DNA from: Calditrichia bacterium
GTDB lineage: Bacteria; Calditrichota; Calditrichia; RBG-13-44-9; J075
Length of the DNA: 64,000 bases
NCBI GenBank assembly: GCA_050633245.1
Contig: JBOEGD010000011.1
Span: 460,985 to 524,984, forward strand
Direction of reading: 5' to 3'
In this document: piece by piece, positions 1 to 10,046 of the stretch
Position numbering within the stretch: the first letter of the stretch is position 1
Layout of the letters: every line of letters begins with the position of its first letter
Made by a program: the position numbers and the translations under genes
Notes under the pieces: generated by a model
The model's input: the letters and a program-made list of their open reading frames with translations, nothing else
Told to the model about the DNA's origin: nothing
Databases searched by the model: none

Positions 1-1
1 T

Positions 2-1660
2 CTCCGTACGGCCTTTCCAGATGTAAAGCCTACCACCAAGATTGCTTTTAACGGCGGTTTCTACAGTGACCCCAAGGATGCCGCCAACAAGTATTGGGAC
101 GGCACACCAACCTTTACCAACGTAAACTTCCTGCACTCGCGCATTATTGGCAGTGTGGATATGATTGTTGGCGGGAACTTCAACTCCGACGACGGCCATG
201 TCGGTCCAATCGAAGATTCCTCCGATCGCGGAGAAGAAAGTCAGCGAACCCGCTTGAATACCAAGCTACGATATCGTCCGTCTGCTATTCCGGAAATGAA
301 TATTGGCGTGAACGCCAGCTATCAAAAAGGAGAAGGCTACAACAACTTTCTCTGGGCCGGTGTTGACTCTGGACTTTATCGACCACTGGCTGGTTCAAAC
401 ACGCTTACGAAGCAGGAGATCTTCACTACCGATCTTTCTGTAAATCACCTTAGCAAACGCGGCACTCATCAAAACCTGCGGGGGCGTTTTTTCAAGTTAA
501 CCAACGACAATACGAACGATCAAAGCAACAGTTCAAATGTCTTTTACAGCGAATACCAGATCAGCCAACAATTTGAAAACATAACAGGCTTTGGCAATTT
601 GGATATCGCGGCAGGTTTGGTTGGTCAGCGCAGCAGTGGCGATGCCGATCTTTTTGCAGCAAATGAGGACAGCAGTGGAAGCAATACTGCGACCAACCTT
701 GCTGCATATATTCAGCTCAACAAATCATTGGCGAAGCGAGTGAAACTTTCGGGGGGCGTCCGCTTTGAAAATTACAAGATCAACCAAGAGTCGGAATCTC
801 GCACAATTTTTCGCTCCGGCATGAATGTTCAACTTGCGAAAGAGACCTATGCACGAATGTCTTTTGGACAGGGATTTCGCATACCAACCATTTCAGAAAA
901 ATTTATCCGTACAATAGTTGGCGGTCTTCCAATTTATCCTAATCTGGACTTGCAGTCCGAGGAAAGCTGGAATTTCGAAGTTGGCCTGCGTCAGAACTTT
1001 CGTATCAGCAGGTTCGGCGGTACGCTTGATTTGGCCTATTTTCATCAGGAATACAAAAACTTCGTTGAGTTCACGTTCGGCACTTGGGGCACACCTGCAG
1101 ATCCGCTGTTTGGATTGGGATTTCGATCATTGAATACCGGAGAAGCAAGAGTTAATGGAGTCGATCTTTCTCTATCGGGTGGTGGCCGCATAAATGATTT
1201 GGAGATTCGCATTCTATCTGGCTACACCTATACAAGACCCGTTTCGTTGACACCAGATTTTGAATACAGTAATGGCGTCACTTACCTGAGCACCAGCTCT
1301 GACACAACAGATAATATCCTCAAATACCGCATGCAGCATTTACTGAGAGCAGACATCGATCTTGAATACAATGGCTTATTATTCGGCACAAGTGCGCGTT
1401 TCAATAGTTTTATGAACAATATCGACCGGGTCTTTCTCGATCTTGATGATACCGGTCTACTACGAACCGGTCTAAACGACTGGCGTGCAGAGAACGATGG
1501 CGGCAACTGGGTAATTGACCAGCGCATTGGCTATAAAATTAGCCAGCGGCATCAGGTTTCGATTATCGCGAAGAACATATTTAACAAAGCATATGCAACA
1601 CGCCCATTGAAGATTGAACCCAATCGCAAGATTTCCTTCCAATATGCCCTGACGTTATAA
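2..1660 (+). CDS. TonB-dependent outer-membrane receptor (5'-truncated by the window edge)
   Basis: Frame open from base 2 (LRTAFPDVKP...) into the 155..1660 ORF. Barrel motifs 'SFGQGFRIPTISEKF', 'PNLDLQSEESWNFEVG', 'AKNIFNKAY' and a terminal beta-strand. Confidence 0.85.
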   Translation, partial: LRTAFPDVKPTTKIAFNGGFYSDPKDAANKYWDGTPTFTNVNFLHSRIIGSVDMIVGGNFNSDDGHVGPIEDSSDRGEESQRTRLNTKLRYRPSAIPEMNIGVNASYQKGEGYNNFLWAGVDSGLYRPLAGSNTLTKQEIFTTDLSVNHLSKRGTHQNLRGRFFKLTNDNTNDQSNSSNVFYSEYQISQQFENITGFGNLDIAAGLVGQRSSGDADLFAANEDSSGSNTATNLAAYIQLNKSLAKRVKLSGGVRFENYKINQESESRTIFRSGMNVQLAKETYARMSFGQGFRIPTISEKFIRTIVGGLPIYPNLDLQSEESWNFEVGLRQNFRISRFGGTLDLAYFHQEYKNFVEFTFGTWGTPADPLFGLGFRSLNTGEARVNGVDLSLSGGGRINDLEIRILSGYTYTRPVSLTPDFEYSNGVTYLSTSSDTTDNILKYRMQHLLRADIDLEYNGLLFGTSARFNSFMNNIDRVFLDLDDTGLLRTGLNDWRAENDGGNWVIDQRIGYKISQRHQVSIIAKNIFNKAYATRPLKIEPNRKISFQYALTL

Positions 1661-1703
1661 TCTATTTGCGGAGGCATTGCCTCCCGCACGCGGGCAGTAA
1701 CCG

Positions 1704-1731
1704 CCATTCATGGGCGATGCTGCCCACTCAT
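1704..1731 (+). promoter_or_regulatory. Candidate LytTR-binding direct repeat (CCATTCAT-N12-CCACTCAT)
   Basis: Two 8-mers with 7/8 identity at 1704-1711 and 1724-1731, 20 bp period, upstream of an operon ending in a LytTR regulator. Confidence 0.45.
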
Positions 1732-1793
1732 CGATTCCTTTAAACAATTTGCCCCTGCCTCTGCGTATCTATAACATAACGCGGAGGAAATCC

Positions 1794-3917
1794 ATGAAAA
1801 GCATTTGTATTGCGCTGCTGCTAATTAGTTTGACAATCAGCGCATCGGAGCAGACAGTTTTCGGCACGGTAAGTGATATTAAGGGTATTCCCCTACAGGG
1901 CGCGAACATTTATATCGATGGGACGCTGGACGGGGCGGTAAGTGATGCTAATGGTCGTTTTAGTTTTAAAACGACAGCAAAAGATTCTCAACTTTTGGTT
2001 TGCAGTTACTTAGGCTATGCGATAAGCAAAATAGCTCTTCACCTGCAAAGCAACTCTTCTACGCAACTGGCCGTTCAACTGATTTCGCAAGAGCTTCGTG
2101 GAGAGACGGTAACCGTTACCGCAAGCAACTTTAGCAGCGGCAGCGAAAAAGGAGTGACGCTTACTCCGCTTGAAGTTCTGACGATACCCGGGGCGGCAGC
2201 AGACATATTTAGAGCGATCCAGAGTTTTCCCGGTCTCCAACAAGTTGATGACGGTGCAGGGCTATTTGTTCGCGGAGGTGATGTTTCTGAGACAGCAATT
2301 ATTATTGATGGGGCCTATCTAAAAAGGCCCTATCGCTATGAGTCCCCTACCGGCGGGTTCTTTGGCACGATCTCCCCGTTTCTTGTTAAGGGCACAAGCT
2401 TTTCAAGCGGCGGATTTGGTGCACAACACGGCAATGCACTGTCTGGTGTCTTAAGCATGCAGAGCAGAGATATTCCACTGCAGAGAAAAATAACAGTAGG
2501 CGCAGGACTCGCGGCTTTTTCTTTATTGGCAGAGCTACCAGTTTCCGAAGAGAAGTTTGGAGTTTCGCTTTCAGGAAATTTTTCCGACACAGAGGCACTC
2601 TTCAAATTAAATAACCATCAACGCAAAATCTCCAGTTATCCCAGGTCATACGATCTAAACGTCAATAGCGTTTACAAATACACTGCAACCGGCCAGGTAA
2701 AATTGTTTCTATTTCAGGAAGGAAACCGCACCGGAATAGAAATCCCTGAGCCCGGTCAAACAGCATTCTTTGAGGGGAATGGCACAACACAGCTGGGGAA
2801 TATTCAGCTTAAACAGGCGCTTGGCACGTCGCTGGTTGTAAAAGTAAATATAGCACAGTCAAATTTTGTGCGGGAGCAAAATCTCCGATTCTTGGATCTG
2901 AATATTGAAGAGCAATTCGGGCAATTGAGCTCCAGCGCAGAATATCTGTTCGCGTCTGGTAATTCCTTGCTATCCGGAATTAGCTTCTTCAGAAATACGA
3001 TCCGCTATGACGGCATAGTACCAATAGAAGATCCTTCGCCGGGTGCACCGACCAGTTACCGCATTTCGACAAACCACAGGAACAATCAGCCAACTGTTTT
3101 TCAGAAACTTAAGGCCTCAGCCGGCAAGTTGAATTACGCTATTGGTTGGAGAGCAGAGCATCATTCTATTGCGAACACCACGACTATTGACCCGCGGGCC
3201 TCCTTAAGCTATCGAATGTCCAAAGACTTCACGCTGGTATTTTCCGGCGGACAATATCACCAGCTTCCAGACCTCGATTACTTCGATGCAGAGATTGGCA
3301 GCGCAACTCTACAGCCACAGAAGGCCTGGCATTCGGTCGGCGGAGTTTCTTTCGAGAATGAGGCTTGGCATTTTCGTGCAGAAGCATATTACAAACGCTA
3401 TCGACAATTGGTTCAAGAATCAGGAGCACAACTCACAAGTAACGGCAATGGCTATTCGCGTGGGGTCGATCTGTTTTTAAAACGGAATCATGCACGTTAT
3501 AGCGGCTGGATCTCCTATAGCTATCTACAATCGCGTAGAGAATGGCTGGATGCACCGACACTCTCCCCTACCCGCTTCGACATTACCAATCAGCTGACAA
3601 TTGTGGGCAAGGCTGCTCTTTCGTTACGCTGGAATGTAGCTTTTTCCTATCGCTTTGCAACCGGCAGGCCATTTACTTCTTCTGCAACAACATACCACGA
3701 TAGCAGAGTAGCGGCCTATCACAAGGGCGACCTCTCTATAAACTATCTTCGCAGCTTTTTTCCGGGCAATCTTACCGTTTTTTATGCAGCGGTTGCCAAT
3801 GTATTCAATCGCAACAACATCTTTGACTATTCCTATTCACCCGACTATTCACAGCGTGTGGCGGTCACTTCCACTATGAGGCGCAATGTTTATTTCGGGA
3901 TGAGTTTTAGCTTATAA
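1794..3917 (+). CDS. TonB-dependent receptor with N-terminal carboxypeptidase-regulatory-like domain
   Basis: ATG 1794 follows a GGAGG RBS (ORF track starts at 1710). Signal peptide, 'GTVSDIKGIPLQGANIYI', plug 'LFVRGGDVSETAIIIDG...SGGFGAQHGNALSGVL', C-terminal 'FGMSFSL'. Confidence 0.9.
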   Translation: MKSICIALLLISLTISASEQTVFGTVSDIKGIPLQGANIYIDGTLDGAVSDANGRFSFKTTAKDSQLLVCSYLGYAISKIALHLQSNSSTQLAVQLISQELRGETVTVTASNFSSGSEKGVTLTPLEVLTIPGAAADIFRAIQSFPGLQQVDDGAGLFVRGGDVSETAIIIDGAYLKRPYRYESPTGGFFGTISPFLVKGTSFSSGGFGAQHGNALSGVLSMQSRDIPLQRKITVGAGLAAFSLLAELPVSEEKFGVSLSGNFSDTEALFKLNNHQRKISSYPRSYDLNVNSVYKYTATGQVKLFLFQEGNRTGIEIPEPGQTAFFEGNGTTQLGNIQLKQALGTSLVVKVNIAQSNFVREQNLRFLDLNIEEQFGQLSSSAEYLFASGNSLLSGISFFRNTIRYDGIVPIEDPSPGAPTSYRISTNHRNNQPTVFQKLKASAGKLNYAIGWRAEHHSIANTTTIDPRASLSYRMSKDFTLVFSGGQYHQLPDLDYFDAEIGSATLQPQKAWHSVGGVSFENEAWHFRAEAYYKRYRQLVQESGAQLTSNGNGYSRGVDLFLKRNHARYSGWISYSYLQSRREWLDAPTLSPTRFDITNQLTIVGKAALSLRWNVAFSYRFATGRPFTSSATTYHDSRVAAYHKGDLSINYLRSFFPGNLTVFYAAVANVFNRNNIFDYSYSPDYSQRVAVTSTMRRNVYFGMSFSL

Positions 3918-3934
3918 CATAATTAGGAGTCATC

Positions 3935-4738
3935 ATGAAGAAATTACTCACATTTATTCTTATATCAGCACTTTGTTTAACCGGGAGCGTAGCAGCAGAC
4001 GAACCCCAAGTAGTTAAAACAGATTCGCTACTCATCGAGCTAAGGCAGAGCGCTATTGAAGCCATGGCTGAACGCAACGAGAAGGGCTTGTTAGAGACAA
4101 GAGCAAAGCTGGAACGTCTTGTGACAATGTCGGATCAGGCCTGGCTGATTCAACATTATATTGGCTGGATGGATTATAATCTGGTAATTATTCACTTTAG
4201 CAAGGGTGAAAAAGACAAGGCTGGCAAGGTTCTGGACCGGGCAATAAAGCAGCTCGATTTATCGAAGCAAGGGAACAACAAATTTGCTGAGACTCATGCT
4301 TTGCTCAGTGGTTGCTATGGCATGAAGATCGGCCTTGCACCAATTAAATCGATGTATTATGGACCAAAGTCGGGTTCAAGAATAAACGAGGCCAAAAAAC
4401 TTGCGCCCAACAACCCGCGGGTTCATCTAATAGACGGGATTGGAAAGATGAACACACCCTCTCTGTTTGGCGGTGGCAACAAAGTTGCCCGAAAATCATT
4501 TCGTTTAGCGGACAGCCTGTTCTCAGTTTACGTCTCCCCGGCACCAACATATCCGAATTGGGGATCACTGGAACCAAAGATTTGGCTGGCGCAAATTGAG
4601 ATGAAGGAGGAGAATCTCTCGGCAGCAAGAGGCCTGCTGGAAGAAGTCCTTAAAGCCGATCCGGAAAACTTATGGGTTAAGCGAGGCCTAATGCCGGAAC
4701 TGGAAGAGCTGGAAACACTTGCAGCGGCAGAGGAATAA
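3935..4738 (+). CDS. Secreted/periplasmic TPR-repeat protein
   Basis: AGGAG RBS, signal peptide, TPR-like helices 'AKKLAPNNPRVHL' and 'LLEEVLKADPEN'. Confidence 0.75.
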   Translation: MKKLLTFILISALCLTGSVAADEPQVVKTDSLLIELRQSAIEAMAERNEKGLLETRAKLERLVTMSDQAWLIQHYIGWMDYNLVIIHFSKGEKDKAGKVLDRAIKQLDLSKQGNNKFAETHALLSGCYGMKIGLAPIKSMYYGPKSGSRINEAKKLAPNNPRVHLIDGIGKMNTPSLFGGGNKVARKSFRLADSLFSVYVSPAPTYPNWGSLEPKIWLAQIEMKEENLSAARGLLEEVLKADPENLWVKRGLMPELEELETLAAAEE

Positions 4739-4789
4739 CGGCCTGAATTCTTCGCTGGATCACGGGCACAACTTATATTATTATAAGGT

Positions 4790-5884
4790 ATGAATAAAAT
4801 GGTGTCATTTCGTCAGGTAGCAAAAATCAATGCGCTGTTTTGGAGCGGTTGGTTATTTCTATATGCAGCAATTGTGCAAATCCAGGTGCCACAAATAGCA
4901 AATTATGGCATTGCCATATTCAATTCCTTGACAAATGTGCTCCCTCTATTTTTGCTTAGCCTTTTGGTTTGGCCACTGTGTAAGTGGCTGGACTGGCGAA
5001 AGATGTCTCCCTGGTTTACCGGTCTGCTTCACTTTGTATTGGCGAATATCTATACCATTCTTTGGCAGGTCATCAACTTTGGTGGGCTTTATCTTGCTAT
5101 GGGAGAGCGAATTCATACCACCATGGATGTGAAAGTTATTGCCGGATGGCAATACCCTCAGGGCTTACTGATCTACATGATGGTTGCCGGCATTTACTAT
5201 ACCCTGCTTTTTTATTATGAGGTGAAAGAGCGTGAGTTAAGAGAATCGAAGCTACTGCTATCCTTGCGTGAATCTGAATGGAAAGCCCTGAAGGCCCAAA
5301 TCAACCCACACTTCCTCTTCAATGCGTTAAACTCTGTTAATGCATTGATTACAGGCGACCCACATAAAGCGCGAGAAATGCTGGTAAAGCTTTCGGGTTT
5401 ATTACGCAAAGTTCTGACTGAAAACCCAACACACACAATTGCTCTGGAAAAAGAACTTGAATTTGTGCAGCACTACGTGCAATTAGAGAAAATACGTTTA
5501 GAGGAAAGACTGGATTTTCGCTTAATGGTTGCAGATGGATTAGCAGCGGAGCAAATTCCTGTAATGCTATTACAACCTCTCATCGAAAATGCTATAAAGC
5601 ACGGAATTAGTCCGGTTAGTGGTGGTGGTTGGGTTGAGCTTTCTCTTAAAAGTCAGGCTGGTGGAATTTCCGGACAGGTACGAAATAGTATTGGGGAGCC
5701 TCGCTCACGCGCAACACGCGCAGACGGTACCTCAGCTACAGGTTTAAACAACCTCGCACAGCGACTCCAGCTACTCTATGGAGATCTTGCGAATCTGGAT
5801 ATTCGAGATGATGTGGCAGGCTCCATCTTCGAAGTCTCCTTTTTTGTTCCACCCCAACTATTTAAGCAGGGTGAAAACACATGA
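4790..5884 (+). CDS. LytS/YehU-family sensor histidine kinase
   Basis: N-terminal TM helices; 'LKAQINPHFLFNALNS' H-box; 'LLQPLIENAIKHG' N-box. Confidence 0.92.
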   Translation: MNKMVSFRQVAKINALFWSGWLFLYAAIVQIQVPQIANYGIAIFNSLTNVLPLFLLSLLVWPLCKWLDWRKMSPWFTGLLHFVLANIYTILWQVINFGGLYLAMGERIHTTMDVKVIAGWQYPQGLLIYMMVAGIYYTLLFYYEVKERELRESKLLLSLRESEWKALKAQINPHFLFNALNSVNALITGDPHKAREMLVKLSGLLRKVLTENPTHTIALEKELEFVQHYVQLEKIRLEERLDFRLMVADGLAAEQIPVMLLQPLIENAIKHGISPVSGGGWVELSLKSQAGGISGQVRNSIGEPRSRATRADGTSATGLNNLAQRLQLLYGDLANLDIRDDVAGSIFEVSFFVPPQLFKQGENT

Positions 5885-6621
5885 CATATCGCTGCATGAT
5901 AATTGATGATGAGCCTTTGGCTCGCCAACTCATTGCCGAGTTTCTCGAAGATGTAGACGATATTAAGATTATCGCTTCCCCCGGCAATCCAGATGAAGCT
6001 CTCGAGTTAATATTGCAGCATAAACCGGACGTGCTTTTTTTAGATATCCAAATGCCGGGCATGAATGGTTTCGATCTGCTTCGGCAATTGGAGTCACCGC
6101 CGGCAGTGGTTTTTTGCACCGCCTATGACGAGTATGCTATTGCCGCCTTTGAAGAGAATGCAATAGATTACCTGCTTAAACCCTTCGACAAAGCCCGTTT
6201 TAATAAAACGCTACAGCGCCTTCGTCAGCAGCTAACAGACGCAACAACAACACAGTGGCAGCACCTGATCGAAAAGTTGGATAAGAATCAGGGTGGTCCA
6301 TTAGAACGATTGATTGTTCGCAAGGGAGATCACCTGAAGATGGTAAACACCGCAGAGATTCTTTGGGTTGAGGCAATGGAAGATTATGTGAAGCTACATA
6401 CGCCAAAAGAGAAGCATTTGGTATTGCGGAGAATCGGTGACTTAGCAGATCGATTACCAGAACGCTTTTTAAGAGTTCATCGTTCCACTATCGTCAATCT
6501 AGACGCCGTCCAAGAGATTCACCCCTGGAGCAGCGGTCGTTTTTTACTAAAGCTAAAAGACGGAACAGAAGTAGAGACAAGCAAAGCAGGTGCTAAATCG
6601 ATCCGAGAAATGATGGGCTAG
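5881..6621 (+). CDS. LytTR-family response regulator
   Basis: Receiver 'IIDDEPLAR...FLDIQMPGMNG...DYLLKP'; LytTR 'FLRVHRSTIVN'; start overlaps the kinase stop (ATGA). Confidence 0.95.
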   Translation: MTYRCMIIDDEPLARQLIAEFLEDVDDIKIIASPGNPDEALELILQHKPDVLFLDIQMPGMNGFDLLRQLESPPAVVFCTAYDEYAIAAFEENAIDYLLKPFDKARFNKTLQRLRQQLTDATTTQWQHLIEKLDKNQGGPLERLIVRKGDHLKMVNTAEILWVEAMEDYVKLHTPKEKHLVLRRIGDLADRLPERFLRVHRSTIVNLDAVQEIHPWSSGRFLLKLKDGTEVETSKAGAKSIREMMG

Positions 6622-6623
6622 CT

Positions 6624-8309
6624 TTATTTTAGCAACAGCATCTTTCGCATTTGCGACTGTCCGTTTGCCGTAACCCGATACAAGTACACACCGCTAGATA
6701 AATCACCACTCCCCCACTCTAACGTATGCTCGCCAATCGGTAACACAGACGTGCTTTTCTGATCGACCAGCTGACCGGCGGCATTAAAGACTTGCAGCTC
6801 AACGCTCGCCGTACGTTTTAAGACAAAAGGAATTGACGTCGTTGGATTAAACGGATTCGGATAGTTTTGCAGTAATGCAAATTCCTGTGGAACGGCATTG
6901 TCCAAGCCACCAATTCCAGTTGCAGAACTTGGCTTCATCATACGAACAACAGCATCTTGTTTGGTTAGCACATACATTTCCTGCTGATCATCAACGCCAA
7001 ATCGCAGATCGGCTCGGGTATTGCCCACTAGCTGCAATAATGTCACTTCGTTACCATTCTGAAAAAGACGGAGCTCCTTGATATCTTCTGCCTGACGTCC
7101 CTGCACAAGACTGTCTACCTCAACGTAAAAGATTCGTCCTCTTACAATATCGCCGAAGACATACTTGCCAATTAAAGCAGGCACATTCGTGCCGCGATAG
7201 ACGAAACCACCTACAATGCCAAATCCTTCATCATGATCGTATTGCGCAACCGGATAGGTATAGTTAAAGGTAGAGTCATTCGCCGGCAGCGGATAAACAA
7301 AATCCCTAGTTTGATACTCGAAAAGAAACGTACCCTCTCGCTTGTTCCAGCCATAGTTCAAGCCAGGCGCACCTAAATTAATTTCTTCCAGGTTTCTCTC
7401 GCCAATATCCCCGATCAGCATCTTATTATCGCCACCAGTGTCCCAACTGATTCTGTGCGGGTTGCGGAAGCCACGCGTCCAAATTTCTCGTATTGTGTCT
7501 CCTTGCGCTGTTGCGTAGGGGTTGTCAACAGGGATGCCATACTGGCCGTTTCCACTATTATTTCCAAGTGGATCAATTCGCACAATATTACCAAGAATGG
7601 AGTTGAACTTTTGAGTATTCCCCGGAGAGCCACCAAGTGTAACGCCGGCATCTCCAAGACATAGATAGAGCATACCATAATCAGATTCACCGGAAACAGC
7701 TGTTGGATTAAACGACATATCCTGCATTCCATGAATGGTTCCTGGAAAATCAACACGCATCATTTCACGACTGCTGCCACTAAACACGTTAGCTGTGGGA
7801 TCAGTTGCCGTCCATTCGGTAAGCACCCACTGCAGGGAGATTGAAACCGTAATGGGAGGTGTAAAGTCAGGTGTTCCTGAGTTAGCCTGCTCAGCATGAG
7901 TTGTATAGAAAATGCCATTGTTTTGAAATTCAGGATGAAACTCAAACATACCGAAGCCGGTTCCAAGTCCGGGTGAGTCAACAAAGTCTGGACGTTGCGC
8001 ATCGAGATCAAGATAGACAGAAGGTACGCCACCATTGATGACATAAAGCTTGCCACGCAAGTCATTCAAGAAGTGCCTATTGGAATTATCCTTCGATGTT
8101 TTTAAAATATTAATGCGGGCCAGCGGTCTACTCGTGCTACTAGAAGGAATTGTTGCCACATCTTCTAGTTCTACAGAGATTGTGCCAAATTCAATTGGCG
8201 CTGGTACGGGGTCATTCACCTGTGCAATTGCAACCTGTACACAAACAAACACAGTCGCTATCGAGAACACTATATATCTTAAAACGAGATTTTTCATTTT
8301 AGACCTCAT
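6624..8309 (-). CDS. PQQ-dependent sugar dehydrogenase-like (GSDH) beta-propeller protein with T9SS-type CTD
   Basis: 'GMLYLCLGDAG', 'ILGNIVRIDP', 'EIWTRGFRNPHRISWD', 'GDIGERNLEEIN...GLNYGW'; CTD 'LLQNYPNPFNPTT...SGVYLYR...KMLLLK'. Confidence 0.8.
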   Translation of the reverse strand: MRSKMKNLVLRYIVFSIATVFVCVQVAIAQVNDPVPAPIEFGTISVELEDVATIPSSSTSRPLARINILKTSKDNSNRHFLNDLRGKLYVINGGVPSVYLDLDAQRPDFVDSPGLGTGFGMFEFHPEFQNNGIFYTTHAEQANSGTPDFTPPITVSISLQWVLTEWTATDPTANVFSGSSREMMRVDFPGTIHGMQDMSFNPTAVSGESDYGMLYLCLGDAGVTLGGSPGNTQKFNSILGNIVRIDPLGNNSGNGQYGIPVDNPYATAQGDTIREIWTRGFRNPHRISWDTGGDNKMLIGDIGERNLEEINLGAPGLNYGWNKREGTFLFEYQTRDFVYPLPANDSTFNYTYPVAQYDHDEGFGIVGGFVYRGTNVPALIGKYVFGDIVRGRIFYVEVDSLVQGRQAEDIKELRLFQNGNEVTLLQLVGNTRADLRFGVDDQQEMYVLTKQDAVVRMMKPSSATGIGGLDNAVPQEFALLQNYPNPFNPTTSIPFVLKRTASVELQVFNAAGQLVDQKSTSVLPIGEHTLEWGSGDLSSGVYLYRVTANGQSQMRKMLLLK

Positions 8310-8327
8310 CTTTATTTATACTTAAGT

Positions 8328-9356
8328 TTAGCGCTCCACTCGGCCGGAGCCGTCACCGGAGGCAACCTTGTCTACTTCCTCTACAGAGACCAAATTAAAG
8401 TCACCTGGAATGGTTTGCTTCAGACAAGAAGCAGCAACGGCAAATTCAAGCGCATCGGCAGTCGAAGATTTCATAAGTAATCCGTAGATGAGTCCACTGG
8501 CAAATGAATCTCCTCCGCCTACACGGTCTACCAATTGAATTTCATAGATCTTTGAGCGTCTTGCTTTACTGCACTCTTTTTCATCAAGCAGCATGGCGCT
8601 CCATCCGTTACGAGAAGCGGAGAAACTTTCGCGAAGTGTAATCGCAACCGTGTCAAAATCATACGTTGCTTTCAATCGCTTTGCCAGATCAAAATATCCG
8701 GACTCGTCAAGCTCTGCGGCCTCAACATTTGTTTCGCCAGCTTCCATTCCAAGACTCTTTTCAGCATCTTCTTCATTTGCAATACATACGTCGACGTATT
8801 TCATCAGTGGCTGCATCACATTTTGCGCCTCGGTAGTCGTCCATAACTTCTTGCGGAAATTCAAATCGCAACTAATGCGTACTCCGGCAGCTTTCGCGGC
8901 CTTACAAGCATTCTCGAGTGCCTCTTGAGCGGTATCGCCAAGTGCCGGGGTAATACCGGTCCAGTGGAACCAGGACGCACCAGCAAAAACCTCGCTCCAG
9001 TTTACTTCATTCGACGCCATTGCAGACACAGCAGAATTCGCCCGATCATAGACAACTTTAGATGCGCGCTGGCTGGCACCGGTTTCCAGAAAGTAAATCC
9101 CGACGCGGTCTCCTCCACGAACAATGTAGTCTGTTTGTACTCCATAGCGACGCAGGTGATTCACCGCAGATTGCCCAATTTCATGTTTTGGCAGTTTACA
9201 GACAAAGTAGCTATTTAGCCCATATCCTGCGAGCGCAGCGGCAACATTCGCTTCACCACCACCATAGGTTACATCAAATTGCTGGGCCTGCACAAAGCGA
9301 GTGAATCCCGGTGTGGATAAGCGCAGCATTATTTCTCCAAATGTAACAATTTTCAC
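8328..9356 (-). CDS. kdgK: 2-keto-3-deoxygluconate kinase (PfkB family)
   Basis: GTG 9356 after AAGGAG. 'FGEIMLRL', 'YGGGEANVA', 'DLNFRKKLW', 'VDRVGGGDSFASG'. Confidence 0.92.
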   Translation of the reverse strand: MKIVTFGEIMLRLSTPGFTRFVQAQQFDVTYGGGEANVAAALAGYGLNSYFVCKLPKHEIGQSAVNHLRRYGVQTDYIVRGGDRVGIYFLETGASQRASKVVYDRANSAVSAMASNEVNWSEVFAGASWFHWTGITPALGDTAQEALENACKAAKAAGVRISCDLNFRKKLWTTTEAQNVMQPLMKYVDVCIANEEDAEKSLGMEAGETNVEAAELDESGYFDLAKRLKATYDFDTVAITLRESFSASRNGWSAMLLDEKECSKARRSKIYEIQLVDRVGGGDSFASGLIYGLLMKSSTADALEFAVAASCLKQTIPGDFNLVSVEEVDKVASGDGSGRVER

Positions 9357-9385
9357 TTTACAACTCCTTTTTATACGTTCCATAT

Positions 9386-10027
9386 TTAACGAGCGGTCTG
9401 AATACTTTTCACAATTCGCCGGGCATTATCTTTTAACTTCTCGTAATCACCACTATCAATCGCCTTCTTATCCATCAATGCACTTCCAACACCAACTGCA
9501 CATGCACCGGCTTTCAACCAATCTCCCGCATTATCTAGAGTTACTCCTCCGGTTGGCATTAGCTTTAAATGTGGCATTGGGGCAAGCACCCCTTTAAAAA
9601 AGGCCATCCCAACAATATTCGCAGGGAAAACTTTTACCACATCAGCACCTTCTTCATGAGCGATTTGAATTTCTGTGGGCGTAAACGCACCCGGCATAAC
9701 CGGCGTATTCATCCGATCACATATTCGAACGACTTCCGGTTTAAATATCGGACTAACCACAAACTGCGCACCAGCATCAATAGCCGCCTTGGCCGTATTT
9801 GGGTTCAAAACGGATCCTACTCCAACAATAAAATCGGAAGTTTTTCTCGTCGCCAATTGCTCAATTACCTGTAGGGCATTAGGCGTCGTCATAGTAATTT
9901 CCAAAACAGAAACTCCACCTTCACAAATTGCCTCTGCAACGGCCAGAAGCTGCGAACTGTCGTTCATGCGAACTACAGCCACAGCACCTCGCTGCTCGAT
10001 GGATGCTACAATTTCTTGTCTATTCAT
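9386..10027 (-). CDS. eda: KDPG/KHG aldolase
   Basis: 'VAVVR', 'LEITMTTP', 'GAQFVVSP', 'TPTEI', 'VKVFPA', 'MPTGGV'. Confidence 0.95.
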   Translation of the reverse strand: MNRQEIVASIEQRGAVAVVRMNDSSQLLAVAEAICEGGVSVLEITMTTPNALQVIEQLATRKTSDFIVGVGSVLNPNTAKAAIDAGAQFVVSPIFKPEVVRICDRMNTPVMPGAFTPTEIQIAHEEGADVVKVFPANIVGMAFFKGVLAPMPHLKLMPTGGVTLDNAGDWLKAGACAVGVGSALMDKKAIDSGDYEKLKDNARRIVKSIQTAR

Positions 10028-10046
10028 ACTTCCGTTCCCTGTGCAA

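Noticed and set aside
1667-1688. Hairpin TGCGGAGGCA/TGCCTCCCGCA after the first TBDR as a terminator
   Set aside because: No U-tract follows, so its function cannot be supported.
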